From Planctomycetota bacterium (GTDB taxonomy: Bacteria; Planctomycetota; Phycisphaerae; WQYP01): a stretch of 64,000 nucleotides of DNA. Below the pieces are notes generated by a model that searched no databases, had not been told where the DNA came from, and was given only the letters and a program-made list of their open reading frames with translations. Where the stretch lies: NCBI GenBank assembly GCA_021852275.1, contig JAJZNX010000025.1, positions 621-64,620 of the forward strand, read 5' to 3'. This document shows, piece by piece, positions 33,153 to 42,656 of this stretch. The first letter of the stretch is position 1. Each line of letters begins with the position of its first letter. Position numbers and translations under genes: made by a program.

Positions 33153-34670
33153 ATGCTGAAATTTCAAGTATTTCGCGACGGTAATCCACCGTTAGAGTTG
33201 GATCTGACCTCTGCTTATCTGGCGGGTGCAGACAGTATTCCCATTCGTGGCGATCTTAGTTATTCCGGTGGAGAGCTACGCTGTCGAAAACGCGCCGCTG
33301 GTCCGTCGGCGTTGGCCCTACTCTGGGAGGTCCAGGGGTTCGGTGCAGTACTGCTGGAAACTACGCGGCTTCCAGAGCGACCGGAACCTTACATACTGAA
33401 TCTGGAATTGGCCCGATCACGCATGATGCGACTGATTCAAAAGAGGGAGGAATGGGGCTTTTTTGACCTGCCGGAAGCTCAGGGGATTAATGACAAATTC
33501 AATGAAGCTCGCGATTTGCTAGTGGAGGCCATCTTGCAGCAGGATGATCCACCTGCGGCCAGCCGGCTGGCCGACCGATGTCTGGCGTTGGTGATGCCGC
33601 TGTCTGAACAGGCGGCTGTCGTGCATGCGGAACTGCTCCTGCAGCGGCGTATCACCACAAAGTCGTTTCCGCGCAATGTATTCGGTTGTCATGCCGATCT
33701 GCAAATCACCAACGATCAGTACCGCAAGAAACTCATGGCATGTTCCGATTTTGTAATGCTGCCGGTCCACTGGAAAACGGTGGAACCCCAGGAACAGTCT
33801 TTCACCTGGGGCCAGGTGGACGAGTGGATGGAATTTCTGCGAAGAGCCAAGCTGCCGGTAGTGTTCGGCCCCCTGGTCTCCTTTACCGACCTGTCCATAC
33901 CAGACTGGCTTTATATCTGGGAACACGATTATGAACAGGTTCGCGGACTACTTTATGAACATATTGAGCGCACAGTTACCCGCTACGGAGCGCAGGTGGT
34001 ATTATGGAATGTTCTCAGTGGACTTCATGTCAATGCCCATTTTTCCTTCACTTTCGACCAACTGATGGACCTGACGCGCATGGCCATCGGCGTGGTCAAG
34101 CGCATACTGCCCAACGCCCAAACCATGATTGAAATCACACAGCCGTGGGGTGAATACTATGCACGCAACCAGCGTAGCATACCACCGCTGGTTTATGCGG
34201 ACATGGTGGTGCAAAGCGGAGTAACATTTGACATGTTTGGACTGGCCCTTTCATTTGGGGTGCCTCGCGATGGATGTTGGCAACGTGATCTTTTCCAGAT
34301 CAGTGCACTTATCGATCGCTTTGCAGCACTGGGTAAACCTGTGGCCATCAACCGTATAGAAGTGCCAAGCCACACTGCTGACGATGCCGCTGCCGCTGGC
34401 GTATGGCGGCAGCCCTGGAATGAGCCTCTACAAGCCAAATGGCTGGAGGCCGTCACCAATATCGTCTTAAGCAAACCATTTGTAGAAGCCGTCTGTTGGC
34501 GCAATGTGATGGATCGGAATGACAATGCCATTCCATTTTCCGGTCTTTGCAATGCGGATTTAACCCCCAAAAAATCGCAGGCTACCTGGATTTCCATGCG
34601 TCGTGCGGTCATGGTGGTGCGCCAGGGCGGTGTCAAAACGGGTGACCAGCCAAAGCCTGTCAGCAGCTGA
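33153..34670 (+). CDS. hypothetical protein with a possible GH10-like (beta/alpha)8 region
   Basis: 505 aa. VHWKTVEPQEQSFTWGQVDEWMEF...LPVVFGPL resembles the GH10 'W..vEp..G.f.w' segment. Assignment is tentative. Confidence 0.4.
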   Translation: MLKFQVFRDGNPPLELDLTSAYLAGADSIPIRGDLSYSGGELRCRKRAAGPSALALLWEVQGFGAVLLETTRLPERPEPYILNLELARSRMMRLIQKREEWGFFDLPEAQGINDKFNEARDLLVEAILQQDDPPAASRLADRCLALVMPLSEQAAVVHAELLLQRRITTKSFPRNVFGCHADLQITNDQYRKKLMACSDFVMLPVHWKTVEPQEQSFTWGQVDEWMEFLRRAKLPVVFGPLVSFTDLSIPDWLYIWEHDYEQVRGLLYEHIERTVTRYGAQVVLWNVLSGLHVNAHFSFTFDQLMDLTRMAIGVVKRILPNAQTMIEITQPWGEYYARNQRSIPPLVYADMVVQSGVTFDMFGLALSFGVPRDGCWQRDLFQISALIDRFAALGKPVAINRIEVPSHTADDAAAAGVWRQPWNEPLQAKWLEAVTNIVLSKPFVEAVCWRNVMDRNDNAIPFSGLCNADLTPKKSQATWISMRRAVMVVRQGGVKTGDQPKPVSS

Positions 34671-34732
34671 CTTTGGCGTCAGCCTCATTGAGTTGGCATC
34701 ACGATTCAAAGACGGTCCGGAATCACGAAATC

Positions 34733-35215
34733 ATGAGTTCTCACAAAGATGAACCTGACGATTTCCCCGCAGGCGCGACGCCCCAACAGCATTCGGCCGC
34801 ACCGGAAGCTTCAGATGAATGGGGCTGGACCCGGCGACATCAGATTGGTCTGGCTATGCTCACGTTCTGTCTGCTGGTGTTTTTAGCAGTACAACTCTGG
34901 CGACATCCTGTTCGCTTAGGCTCGCCGGTGAAACAGTCCCACATGCGCCATGCCGTGCTGCAACACCGCATTGATTTAAACACCGCCACCTGGGCATCGA
35001 TCGTGCGTTTACCTGGCGTTGGATCAGGTCGGGCCGATCGAATTCTTGCCTATCGCACCCGCCAACTCAAACTCCACCCTGGCGCGATCGTCTTTCGCAA
35101 AATCAGCGATTTAAGAAAAGTGCCCGGAATCGGCAAGAAAATCAGCCTTGAATTATTGCCATTTCTAAGATTTCCAAAACTTCCCGCAGTGGGTACCATC
35201 CACACAGCCCAATAG
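34733..35215 (+). CDS. ComEA-like helix-hairpin-helix DNA-binding protein with an N-terminal TM segment
   Basis: IDLNTATWASIVRLPGVGSGRADRILAYR is the HhH motif. A second HhH reads LRKVPGIGKKISLELLPF. ATG at 34733 is preferred over the TTG at 34673. Confidence 0.7.
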   Translation: MSSHKDEPDDFPAGATPQQHSAAPEASDEWGWTRRHQIGLAMLTFCLLVFLAVQLWRHPVRLGSPVKQSHMRHAVLQHRIDLNTATWASIVRLPGVGSGRADRILAYRTRQLKLHPGAIVFRKISDLRKVPGIGKKISLELLPFLRFPKLPAVGTIHTAQ

Positions 35216-35261
35216 TACCGGCAGCAACAGCATGTAAATAGTCCCGCAATCAGAGTTCCGG

Positions 35262-36593
35262 TCATTTCACCCGGCGCCCCATCACCCATACCGCGGCGGG
35301 TTCCGGAGCGTTATGTACCATGGCTGCGCAGATGGCAGAGGAATCCGTTCCGGTGGAAGGATCCAGCGGCAGCAGCACTGCATCAGCGGAAAACCCTGCC
35401 GCCAAACGCCCTATGAGTTCAGAAAGTCCCAAGGCCTGGGCCGGGCGCGTGGTGATCATTTCCATCAACACCACCGGCGATATTTCTGGATGGCACTGCC
35501 ACACATGGCGGGCCTCACGCAGCAGGGATAGGTCCGGATTGCTGGCCAGCGAGTCGGTAGCCAGGCACACAGGTATAGAGCGATCCAACATCTTTTGCCA
35601 CGGATGTTCTCTCCGCCGATGATGACCGAAATAAGCGTGCGTGCGCGGGCACCAGGCCACACTGGCACCGCTGTCGGCAAGAATTTTCAGTTCGGCATCG
35701 TCGGCATAATTGACATGGGCCAACACAATGGAAATTGCGCGCAAGCCAGCAGAATTTTTCAGATTTTTAGGAGAGAGCAATCCATACTGTCGGCCCCAAC
35801 GAATTGGTCCACCGACAAATCGCGGTACTTGCTCATCCAAAATGTCGAGCTTTTTCATGAGCGGCCAAGATCGCCCCAGCGGACCATCGAGTGTAGCTAA
35901 AAATGTTCCCTCTTCGGCGTTTTCCGCCAGATGCATGGCCAGCGGTACCTGATGAATTTCCGCCGCAGTTACCACCTGCCGCAGGGCTGGACCTTCCACT
36001 GAATAAGGCGCATGCGGAGAAAGACCGATGGAAACGTATTCACCGGCTGCCTGACTGCTCAACGCGGCGTTCAGACGGGCTTGCAGAAGGTCGCGGCGTT
36101 TACCCAGGGCGGTAATTTCACCAAAACTGACCACACGCAGCGGACCGCCGGCCAGCGTGGGCCGTGTGAACTCCGGCCAGCGGGTAATATCGCCGACGGT
36201 CGTAACGCCAAAGCGAATGCACTCTGCGGCACCCTGCCTGGCCGCGTGTGCGATAACATTTGCGGCATCGTCAGGATTGGGCATTTGGGCAAACAATTGC
36301 AGCACCCAGTCTGGAAATGCGATCGGCCCTGGGATTTTTCCGCATAAGAAGCTTAATTCCAGGTGGGTATGGGCGTTGACGAAACCTGGGCAAAGAAGGT
36401 GGCCGGGGAAATGCTGCTCTGTCATGCCTGAAAACCGGGATCGAAGTTGATCGACCGGCCCTACCGCCATAATGCGTCCATGTTCAACTGCCATGCCCGC
36501 GTGGACAATTATTTCACCAGGGTTCGTCATCAGCGCATCGGCGACAAACATTTGCCTTCGCGGCATATCCGTCGAATAAAATGGCATGACCAA
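35262..36593 (-). CDS. metal-dependent amidohydrolase (chlorohydrolase / nucleoside-deaminase family)
   Basis: 443 aa. PGFVNAHTHLELS is the HxH metal motif. LAMHLAEN and CLATDSLASN fit the family. Confidence 0.75.
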   Translation of the reverse strand: MVMPFYSTDMPRRQMFVADALMTNPGEIIVHAGMAVEHGRIMAVGPVDQLRSRFSGMTEQHFPGHLLCPGFVNAHTHLELSFLCGKIPGPIAFPDWVLQLFAQMPNPDDAANVIAHAARQGAAECIRFGVTTVGDITRWPEFTRPTLAGGPLRVVSFGEITALGKRRDLLQARLNAALSSQAAGEYVSIGLSPHAPYSVEGPALRQVVTAAEIHQVPLAMHLAENAEEGTFLATLDGPLGRSWPLMKKLDILDEQVPRFVGGPIRWGRQYGLLSPKNLKNSAGLRAISIVLAHVNYADDAELKILADSGASVAWCPRTHAYFGHHRRREHPWQKMLDRSIPVCLATDSLASNPDLSLLREARHVWQCHPEISPVVLMEMITTRPAQALGLSELIGRLAAGFSADAVLLPLDPSTGTDSSAICAAMVHNAPEPAAVWVMGRRVK

Positions 36594-36632
36594 AGGCTCC
36601 CGTGCCGGGTGTCCGGCGCAGCGCCGGGGAAT

Positions 36633-38135
36633 TCAGCGAACAGAATTATACAGGGCGTTTACCACTTGATCTTCCCAGCCGTTCACATTCCCCCGGTAAT
36701 GATTAACGAAAATGGCGAAAGCAAACCGAGCATGGGGCAGCGTCAGGTAGCCGCTGAGTGTAGATGCCCCGGTTACATGACCATCTTTAACACGCAGAAA
36801 TGCACGGGCGGGCGAGCGCGTTAAGCGATTGGCGAAGGTCCCCTGTCCCGGCCTGGCCATGGTATCGATAAACACCTGACCGTGCGGCTCGGTAGCAACG
36901 TGTGCCAATATGGTGGTAATGGCAGAGGTGGCCACGCGATCATGGTGCGAAAGCCCGGACCCATCAACCATGTGCGTGAGAGCAGGGTTCACACCAATGG
37001 TGCCCAAATATGCCTTAACCGCCGCGGTACCATTGGCCCAACTGCCCGGTTGACCCGTAGCATCATGGCCCAGCAACTTGCACAGACATTCCGCCATTAA
37101 ATTATAACTGTCAATGTGCGCTCGCTTAAGAATATCCGTCAGCGGCGTTCCATACGAGGCCAGCAGGACGGGCCTGATCTTTTTTTGCGCCGCCAGGGCG
37201 GTAAGCCCTTCACTGCGAACCGCTCCACTGATGGCGATGCCATCAGACAGAAAACTTTGCTTGAGCACCGCACCGGTATAAAGAGCCGGATTATTGATAG
37301 TTACCTGCAAAGGGTAATTGGAATCGGAATAACGTATTTGCCCACGCAGAAAAAAATGATTGCTGTTGGTCGAGCGGTACATCCATACACTTTGCACCGA
37401 ACCGTGACGGGCCTGAATCGTGACCGGCGTATAGGGCGTGGATGGAAATATCCGCACTCCCGGCACGCCGTTGGATTGTATTATCGGCAGCCAATTCAAA
37501 CAGTTATCGGAAAAATTTAACCCGCAAACCTGGGCTTCATACCAATCCAGAGACTGCCCCCTGGGCCATTGCCGATTAAAGAAATTCTGGTTGAAAATAT
37601 GGTCGTCCACCACCACGTCATGAAATTGGGTTTGTCCGATTTTTTTGAGATAGGCTGCCCAGTTATCAAATGCAGTTGTAACAGTCCAGCCGACCTGGCG
37701 GCACAACACCGGATCACCCAACGCCGGGTCGCCGCCACCCACAATCACCAAATCATTGCCCACACGGTACAAATAAGTGTGCAATACGCCGTCAGGGCCA
37801 AGTTTGGCAAAAGCGGCGGAAGTGGTCAGTAATTTTCCATTGCTGCCGGGCATCAGGGGCAGATTGGGGTGATAACCATAAAGGGGGATCGCTGTGCCGT
37901 GGGAAATTTGTACGATACTGATGCTGATCTGCGCGCCGTTGAGTTGCGCCGGATCCGACCGCAGGAGGTATCCGATACGGTCCGCCAGACTTGCCGCAAC
38001 TGCTGTACGTGCACTGACCGAAAGCCCAACGGTAGTTGCGAGAGCCAGGCAATAGAAAAAAATACCGCCAACTCGATGACGATAAACCGAAAATTTCAGA
38101 AATCCAGGCACGCATACCTCCTTGTAAGGGTGCAT
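36633..38135 (-). CDS. dacB: D-alanyl-D-alanine carboxypeptidase/endopeptidase (PBP4, peptidase S13)
   Basis: 500 aa. Signal/TM segment, PGSNGKLLTTSAA (SxxK), DGSGLSHHD (SxN) and the family C-terminal pattern. Confidence 0.8.
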   Translation of the reverse strand: MHPYKEVCVPGFLKFSVYRHRVGGIFFYCLALATTVGLSVSARTAVAASLADRIGYLLRSDPAQLNGAQISISIVQISHGTAIPLYGYHPNLPLMPGSNGKLLTTSAAFAKLGPDGVLHTYLYRVGNDLVIVGGGDPALGDPVLCRQVGWTVTTAFDNWAAYLKKIGQTQFHDVVVDDHIFNQNFFNRQWPRGQSLDWYEAQVCGLNFSDNCLNWLPIIQSNGVPGVRIFPSTPYTPVTIQARHGSVQSVWMYRSTNSNHFFLRGQIRYSDSNYPLQVTINNPALYTGAVLKQSFLSDGIAISGAVRSEGLTALAAQKKIRPVLLASYGTPLTDILKRAHIDSYNLMAECLCKLLGHDATGQPGSWANGTAAVKAYLGTIGVNPALTHMVDGSGLSHHDRVATSAITTILAHVATEPHGQVFIDTMARPGQGTFANRLTRSPARAFLRVKDGHVTGASTLSGYLTLPHARFAFAIFVNHYRGNVNGWEDQVVNALYNSVR

Positions 38136-38262
38136 TGTGAATGAAAGAAATCGAACATTCTCACCGCTAAGTCCGCTGGTTACCAGGCAAGGACAAAATA
38201 ATACCCAGTTTTATTGATACGATTGCTTGAGACTGAAAGTTGGCTATGGCCCGAAAAATCAG

Positions 38263-39639
38263 TTAATGAGCCACCGGTGAACCCAGTTGCTGGCCCACCT
38301 CCTCCAGTTTCTTTTTGAGGGTGTCAGAAGTATTGGCCTCTAAATTCAGACGCAACAGCGGTTCCGTGTTGCTTTTTCGCACGTTGAACCACCATGTATC
38401 GTATTCCACCGTAATTCCATCCAGATAATCAATGGCGGCATCTTTATAGCGCTCCGCCAGCCGTCGCACGGTGCTATCCTTGTCCTGCACTTCATAGTTT
38501 ATTTCGCCGCTGCCATGCCAACGCATCAGCGGCTTAAAGACATGACTTACCGGGCTGTCGTACCGCGAGAGTACCGAAAGCAAACAGGCAAAGGCAATAG
38601 CCCCGGAATCGGTATTGAAGTTATCGCGGAAATAAAAATGCCCGGAAAGTTCGCCGCCAAAAACCCCTTTGCTGTCCGCCAGAGCCTTTTTCATAAACGC
38701 ATGGCCTACGCGTTCGCGACGCGGCACTCCACCGGCATTCTGAATTTCTTCCCGTACTACGCGACTGGATCGCAAATCATACACGACTGCCGCGCCGTGA
38801 TTGGTCTTGAGAAAATCCCGGGCCAACAGGGCGGTAACAATATCACAACGGATAATCCGGGCTTGTTCATCAACAAAAATGCAGCGGTCCGCGTCGCCGT
38901 CAAAACACACGCCCAAATCTGCCGCATTGGAAAGCACGGACTCCTGCAGTTGCCGCAGGTTGGCATCCACCAGCGGATTAGGTTCATGAGCGAACCGGCC
39001 GGTTATTTCCATGTTCAAGGGAATGATGTCGAGGTTTGGATGGCCTATGAATATCTCCGGAATAAACTTTCCGGCCATGCCATTGCTGGCATCCACCACC
39101 ACCCGGAGCTTGCGATTAAGCCGCAGAAACTTGCGCACATGCGTGCGATATGCAACCCGTAGATCGTGGAATTCCACCTGGCCCATCTGCACCGGAGGAT
39201 TTTTTCGCAGGGTGGATGCAATCCGTTTTATTTCCTGCAATCCGGTATCGACACCGACAGGCTTCGCCAGCAGGCCACTTATTTTAAATCCGTTGTAGTC
39301 AGCCGGATTATGCGAAGCCGTGGTCTGTATGCCCCCACAGCACCCCAGATGATTGATGGCATAATAAATCATCGGAGTATCGATTAACCCGATATCAATG
39401 CAGTTGGATCCGGTGGAAAGGATGCCGTCAATAAGGGCTTTACTTAATGACTGGCTGCTGGGTCGCATATCCCGACCGACGATAACCATTTTTTTTCGAC
39501 GATCGGCCTTATCCAGGCCGGTCAGGTTCATCTGCAAAAATTGAGCTGTGGCATAACCAATTTTCCATGCAATTTCTTCATTGAGTTCATCGGGATAAAT
39601 ACCCCGTATGTCGTAAGCTTTGAAGATATTGTCAAACAT
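38263..39639 (-). CDS. phosphomannomutase / phosphoglucomutase
   Basis: 458 aa. Active-site loop TASHNPADYNGFK, metal loop FDGDADR, sugar loop GELSGH. Confidence 0.9.
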   Translation of the reverse strand: MFDNIFKAYDIRGIYPDELNEEIAWKIGYATAQFLQMNLTGLDKADRRKKMVIVGRDMRPSSQSLSKALIDGILSTGSNCIDIGLIDTPMIYYAINHLGCCGGIQTTASHNPADYNGFKISGLLAKPVGVDTGLQEIKRIASTLRKNPPVQMGQVEFHDLRVAYRTHVRKFLRLNRKLRVVVDASNGMAGKFIPEIFIGHPNLDIIPLNMEITGRFAHEPNPLVDANLRQLQESVLSNAADLGVCFDGDADRCIFVDEQARIIRCDIVTALLARDFLKTNHGAAVVYDLRSSRVVREEIQNAGGVPRRERVGHAFMKKALADSKGVFGGELSGHFYFRDNFNTDSGAIAFACLLSVLSRYDSPVSHVFKPLMRWHGSGEINYEVQDKDSTVRRLAERYKDAAIDYLDGITVEYDTWWFNVRKSNTEPLLRLNLEANTSDTLKKKLEEVGQQLGSPVAH

Positions 39640-40157
39640 TCTTAGCCTTTATAAAAGCGTCTGACCATTGTCGGCCCTGCTGATTTTTCATGAGCAGCGC
39701 CATGACCAAGACCAAATGGCCGGCTGTCGCACATTTCGCCGGCCCGAAGTGGCCGGTGCTGCCTCCCACGCTCTCTTAAATCGTATCTTATCGCAGAAAA
39801 GCCCATTCAGCCACAAAGCCGCCCATGATAAATGCCAGGAGTTGTGGCAAGTGGCAGCCAAGCAAAAAGTCGACGCAAAACATTATCGGCATCATGAATC
39901 GCCAGATTGGCGTAATTTCTCATTCTTTGCAACCATTTCGCCGAAAAATAAAATGTCTGGATGGAACCGACACTTGGAGGATCTTTGTGGCGAGCAGCTC
40001 TAACGTTTCTTGAACATTTATCGCCACTAAACTAGATTTTGTGATCCGCGAAGCATCGGCGATGCGTTGTGGCCGGCGAGCGGGTTTAGATGATAGCGAG
40101 CATGGACGACATGGCTCGATTTCAGCAGGTAAATAGTTTTAAAAAAGGAGAGAGAAC

Positions 40158-40898
40158 ATGCGTATGGATGCAAAACTGAATCGGATGGTGCAGGTTTGCA
40201 CAGCTCTTTGCGCTGGGCTGGCCAACTCAGGTGGAGGCCCTAAGGACGACGTTTTGAGCTTTCGTCTGGCCTCCCGGGGCCACAGCATTACCCCGGAATC
40301 TTCAGTCCACTCGGCGCAGGTGGCATTTCGCCAAGATCGCGTGGAAATCAGTCTATCAACAAGCGGTTCGGCGACCTGCGCAGTTCAGGCGGGCAAGGTG
40401 CCTGGCTCAATTACGTTTCGTTATATGGAGGATCGTGCCGCGAATTCGTTGGAATTAAACAAAACCTCGGCACTGTTACGCGTAACCAACGTGGATTCAG
40501 ATTGCATTCTCGCAGATACCATGGTGGAATGGACGTTTGACCAGCTCTTGCCAAGTGACTGTAATTCCAACAGACGGGCAGACCGCACTCTCGCCGACAC
40601 GACCTATACCAGCGTATGGTCGTGGATGGTACAACCTCGAACCAGTCCGACTGCGCACACTTTAAGCTTGCAAGTTTGCTGCATTTCCGGAGATGGTGCT
40701 ATCAGCCAGATTCAATGCCGAATCCATATCGCGGCAGATCAAAAGGAATCTGCGGCAATCCTGTCCGAAATGGCCGACGGCCGCACTGGCCAATTCGTGG
40801 TGGCGTTAACCACACGCGAACTTGGTCCACAATCCGCGATCAGATTTGACTCGCAGGACCAGGCGGCGGATTCACTCAGATCGCTGGCCTATGCCTGA
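40158..40898 (+). CDS. hypothetical protein
   Basis: 246 aa. The ATG is preceded by AAAGGAGAGAG. A weak N-terminal hydrophobic segment. No motif recognised. Confidence 0.55.
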   Translation: MRMDAKLNRMVQVCTALCAGLANSGGGPKDDVLSFRLASRGHSITPESSVHSAQVAFRQDRVEISLSTSGSATCAVQAGKVPGSITFRYMEDRAANSLELNKTSALLRVTNVDSDCILADTMVEWTFDQLLPSDCNSNRRADRTLADTTYTSVWSWMVQPRTSPTAHTLSLQVCCISGDGAISQIQCRIHIAADQKESAAILSEMADGRTGQFVVALTTRELGPQSAIRFDSQDQAADSLRSLAYA

Positions 40899-41326
40899 CA
40901 CCATACCGTTATAGCACTAAATGTGCTCCTATACTCTGCGTGGGCATGGGAAACAGCAGTGAATGTAATAGTTGTCTGTAAAATCATCCCGTTGTCCCGA
41001 CGTTCCAGCTATGGAAATACATTTCCAGACTCTGATAAGGCAATAAATATGGGTGATTTTCTCAACATCGCCGATCCACCGGCCGATAGATAGCATAGGA
41101 ACGGTATTTTCCAGATTGACCCTGGAAATATCTAAAGAGGGTGCCTCTGTGGATCGATTGGCGAGCCAGGCACCCTGTATCTTTTTATACACTCTTTTGC
41201 CGGAACTATGTCGTGAAAACATCCACCGCCAGCAAAGTCAACTTCCCTTGCCTACGCGATAGTGCTATACTTAAGTGGACTGGAGTGAGTGATGATCTCC
41301 AGCGCCGTGGAAAAAAGGAGTCCGCC

Positions 41327-41596
41327 ATGGCCATGTATGATCCAACCACGGACGGAACCCCAAGAATTGCCCGTACGCCCACGACGGAGCTTGCTTCGTC
41401 GCAGCTAACGAGCACGGTTTCACCACGGCGGCAAGGCCTGCCCACGACTGCAGATGATGCGGTCGCCCCGATTCGTGTAAGCTTTACGACATCGGGGGAG
41501 TCGTCAACCCGCGATGATACATCAGTCCAACTGACTGGTGAAATCGCCGGCATCTTGACGACGACACCTTGCCCGTCGGAAATCTTCTTGGGTTAA
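41327..41596 (+). CDS. hypothetical small T/S/P-rich protein
   Basis: ATG at 41327 is preceded by AAAGGAG. 89 aa with low-complexity composition. Confidence 0.3.
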   Translation: MAMYDPTTDGTPRIARTPTTELASSQLTSTVSPRRQGLPTTADDAVAPIRVSFTTSGESSTRDDTSVQLTGEIAGILTTTPCPSEIFLG

Positions 41597-41729
41597 CGCC
41601 CACCTCGCCAACGGAAAATGGCGAACTTGGTCCGGTAATTCCCAACCCCTCAGCGGGTGAAGTTGGACTTTATCTCTTATTTTTTCCCGCCCCAGAACAA
41701 ACGCCATAAAACAGAGTAAATCTCGACTG

Positions 41730-42476
41730 ATGCAGTCTAATCGCTGGACGGATGGCCGAGAAACCGATAAATTTATGGCCATGAGCGAAATTGCATCCAA
41801 TCCACAAACCGATGATAAACGTGAAGATACTTCTCTGTCGGTGAACCCAACGCCTGCGATATCCATCGATCCGGTTAATACGGGCAGTTCCGGCCAGGCG
41901 GTTCCGACCGAGGCAGGTTTGGCATCCTTGCATCTGCGCATGGACGATATCTCTCAGATGCCGCTGCGGCAGGTTATTGAAGCCATTTTATTCGCCAGCG
42001 ACATGCCTCTTTCCAAGGGCAAGCTGGCCCAGACGCTGGGATTGGATGTTACCGCCCCCATTGTTGAGGCGATCCGGGAACTTAACGAGATTTATGTACA
42101 ACGCCAAGCCGCCTATCGCATAGAGGAGCGGGCCGGAGGATACCAGATTCTCACGCTGCCGCAGTATGCGGAATACGTGCAGCGGCTGATGCGCAAAAAG
42201 GACGAAGGCCGATTAACACCGGCTTCGCTGGAAACGCTGGCCATTATCGCGTACAAACAGCCGATTTTACGGGTGGACGTAGAGGCTATCCGCGGTGTGG
42301 CGTGCGGTGAAGTCATTCGCTCTCTGATGGAGCACAATATGGTCAAAATCGTAGGCCGGGCCGAAGAAATCGGCCGTCCGATGCTTTACGGTACCACCCG
42401 GCATTTTCTGGAAGTGTTCGGGCTGGCCACCCTTAAAGATTTACCGAAAACTGACCAGCTAAAAGAGCCCAAATAA
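41730..42476 (+). CDS. scpB: SMC-ScpAB complex subunit ScpB
   Basis: LRQVIEAILFAS...GGYQILT...LSPASLETLAIIAYKQPI.R.DVEAIRGV...L...G..KIVGR.EEIGRPMLYGTT matches ScpB. There is an N-terminal low-complexity extension, so the start is uncertain. Confidence 0.85.
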   Translation: MQSNRWTDGRETDKFMAMSEIASNPQTDDKREDTSLSVNPTPAISIDPVNTGSSGQAVPTEAGLASLHLRMDDISQMPLRQVIEAILFASDMPLSKGKLAQTLGLDVTAPIVEAIRELNEIYVQRQAAYRIEERAGGYQILTLPQYAEYVQRLMRKKDEGRLTPASLETLAIIAYKQPILRVDVEAIRGVACGEVIRSLMEHNMVKIVGRAEEIGRPMLYGTTRHFLEVFGLATLKDLPKTDQLKEPK

Positions 42477-42656
42477 TAGCCATCGAACCAACCTTATAAA
42501 ACCGATGCGGTATTTTGCATTCCCACTCCCTGTTCTTGATATGGGTCATCCCCCCCCCGGAAGCTCGGAAGGCAAAGAAATTTTCGACAATTTCACGCCG
42601 ACCGGCAAACCGGTTACAATCTTTGATTCGTTTGAGGCAAGAAGGAGCCTATATCA

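Noticed and set aside
39640-40157. Gap containing 111-aa and 62-aa plus-strand ORFs and a 35-codon hydrophobic minus-strand ORF (MMPIMFCVDFLLGCHL...).
   Set aside because: None of them has a clear RBS. The plus-strand ORFs have an implausible composition, and the mini-ORF is too short to support without comparative data.
42550-42558. C9 homopolymer about 100 nt upstream of alaS, considered as a third contingency tract.
   Set aside because: It is intergenic and breaks no ORF. It is shorter than the two tracts that do, and no promoter elements could be placed convincingly around it. It is only worth checking together with read-level homopolymer accuracy.
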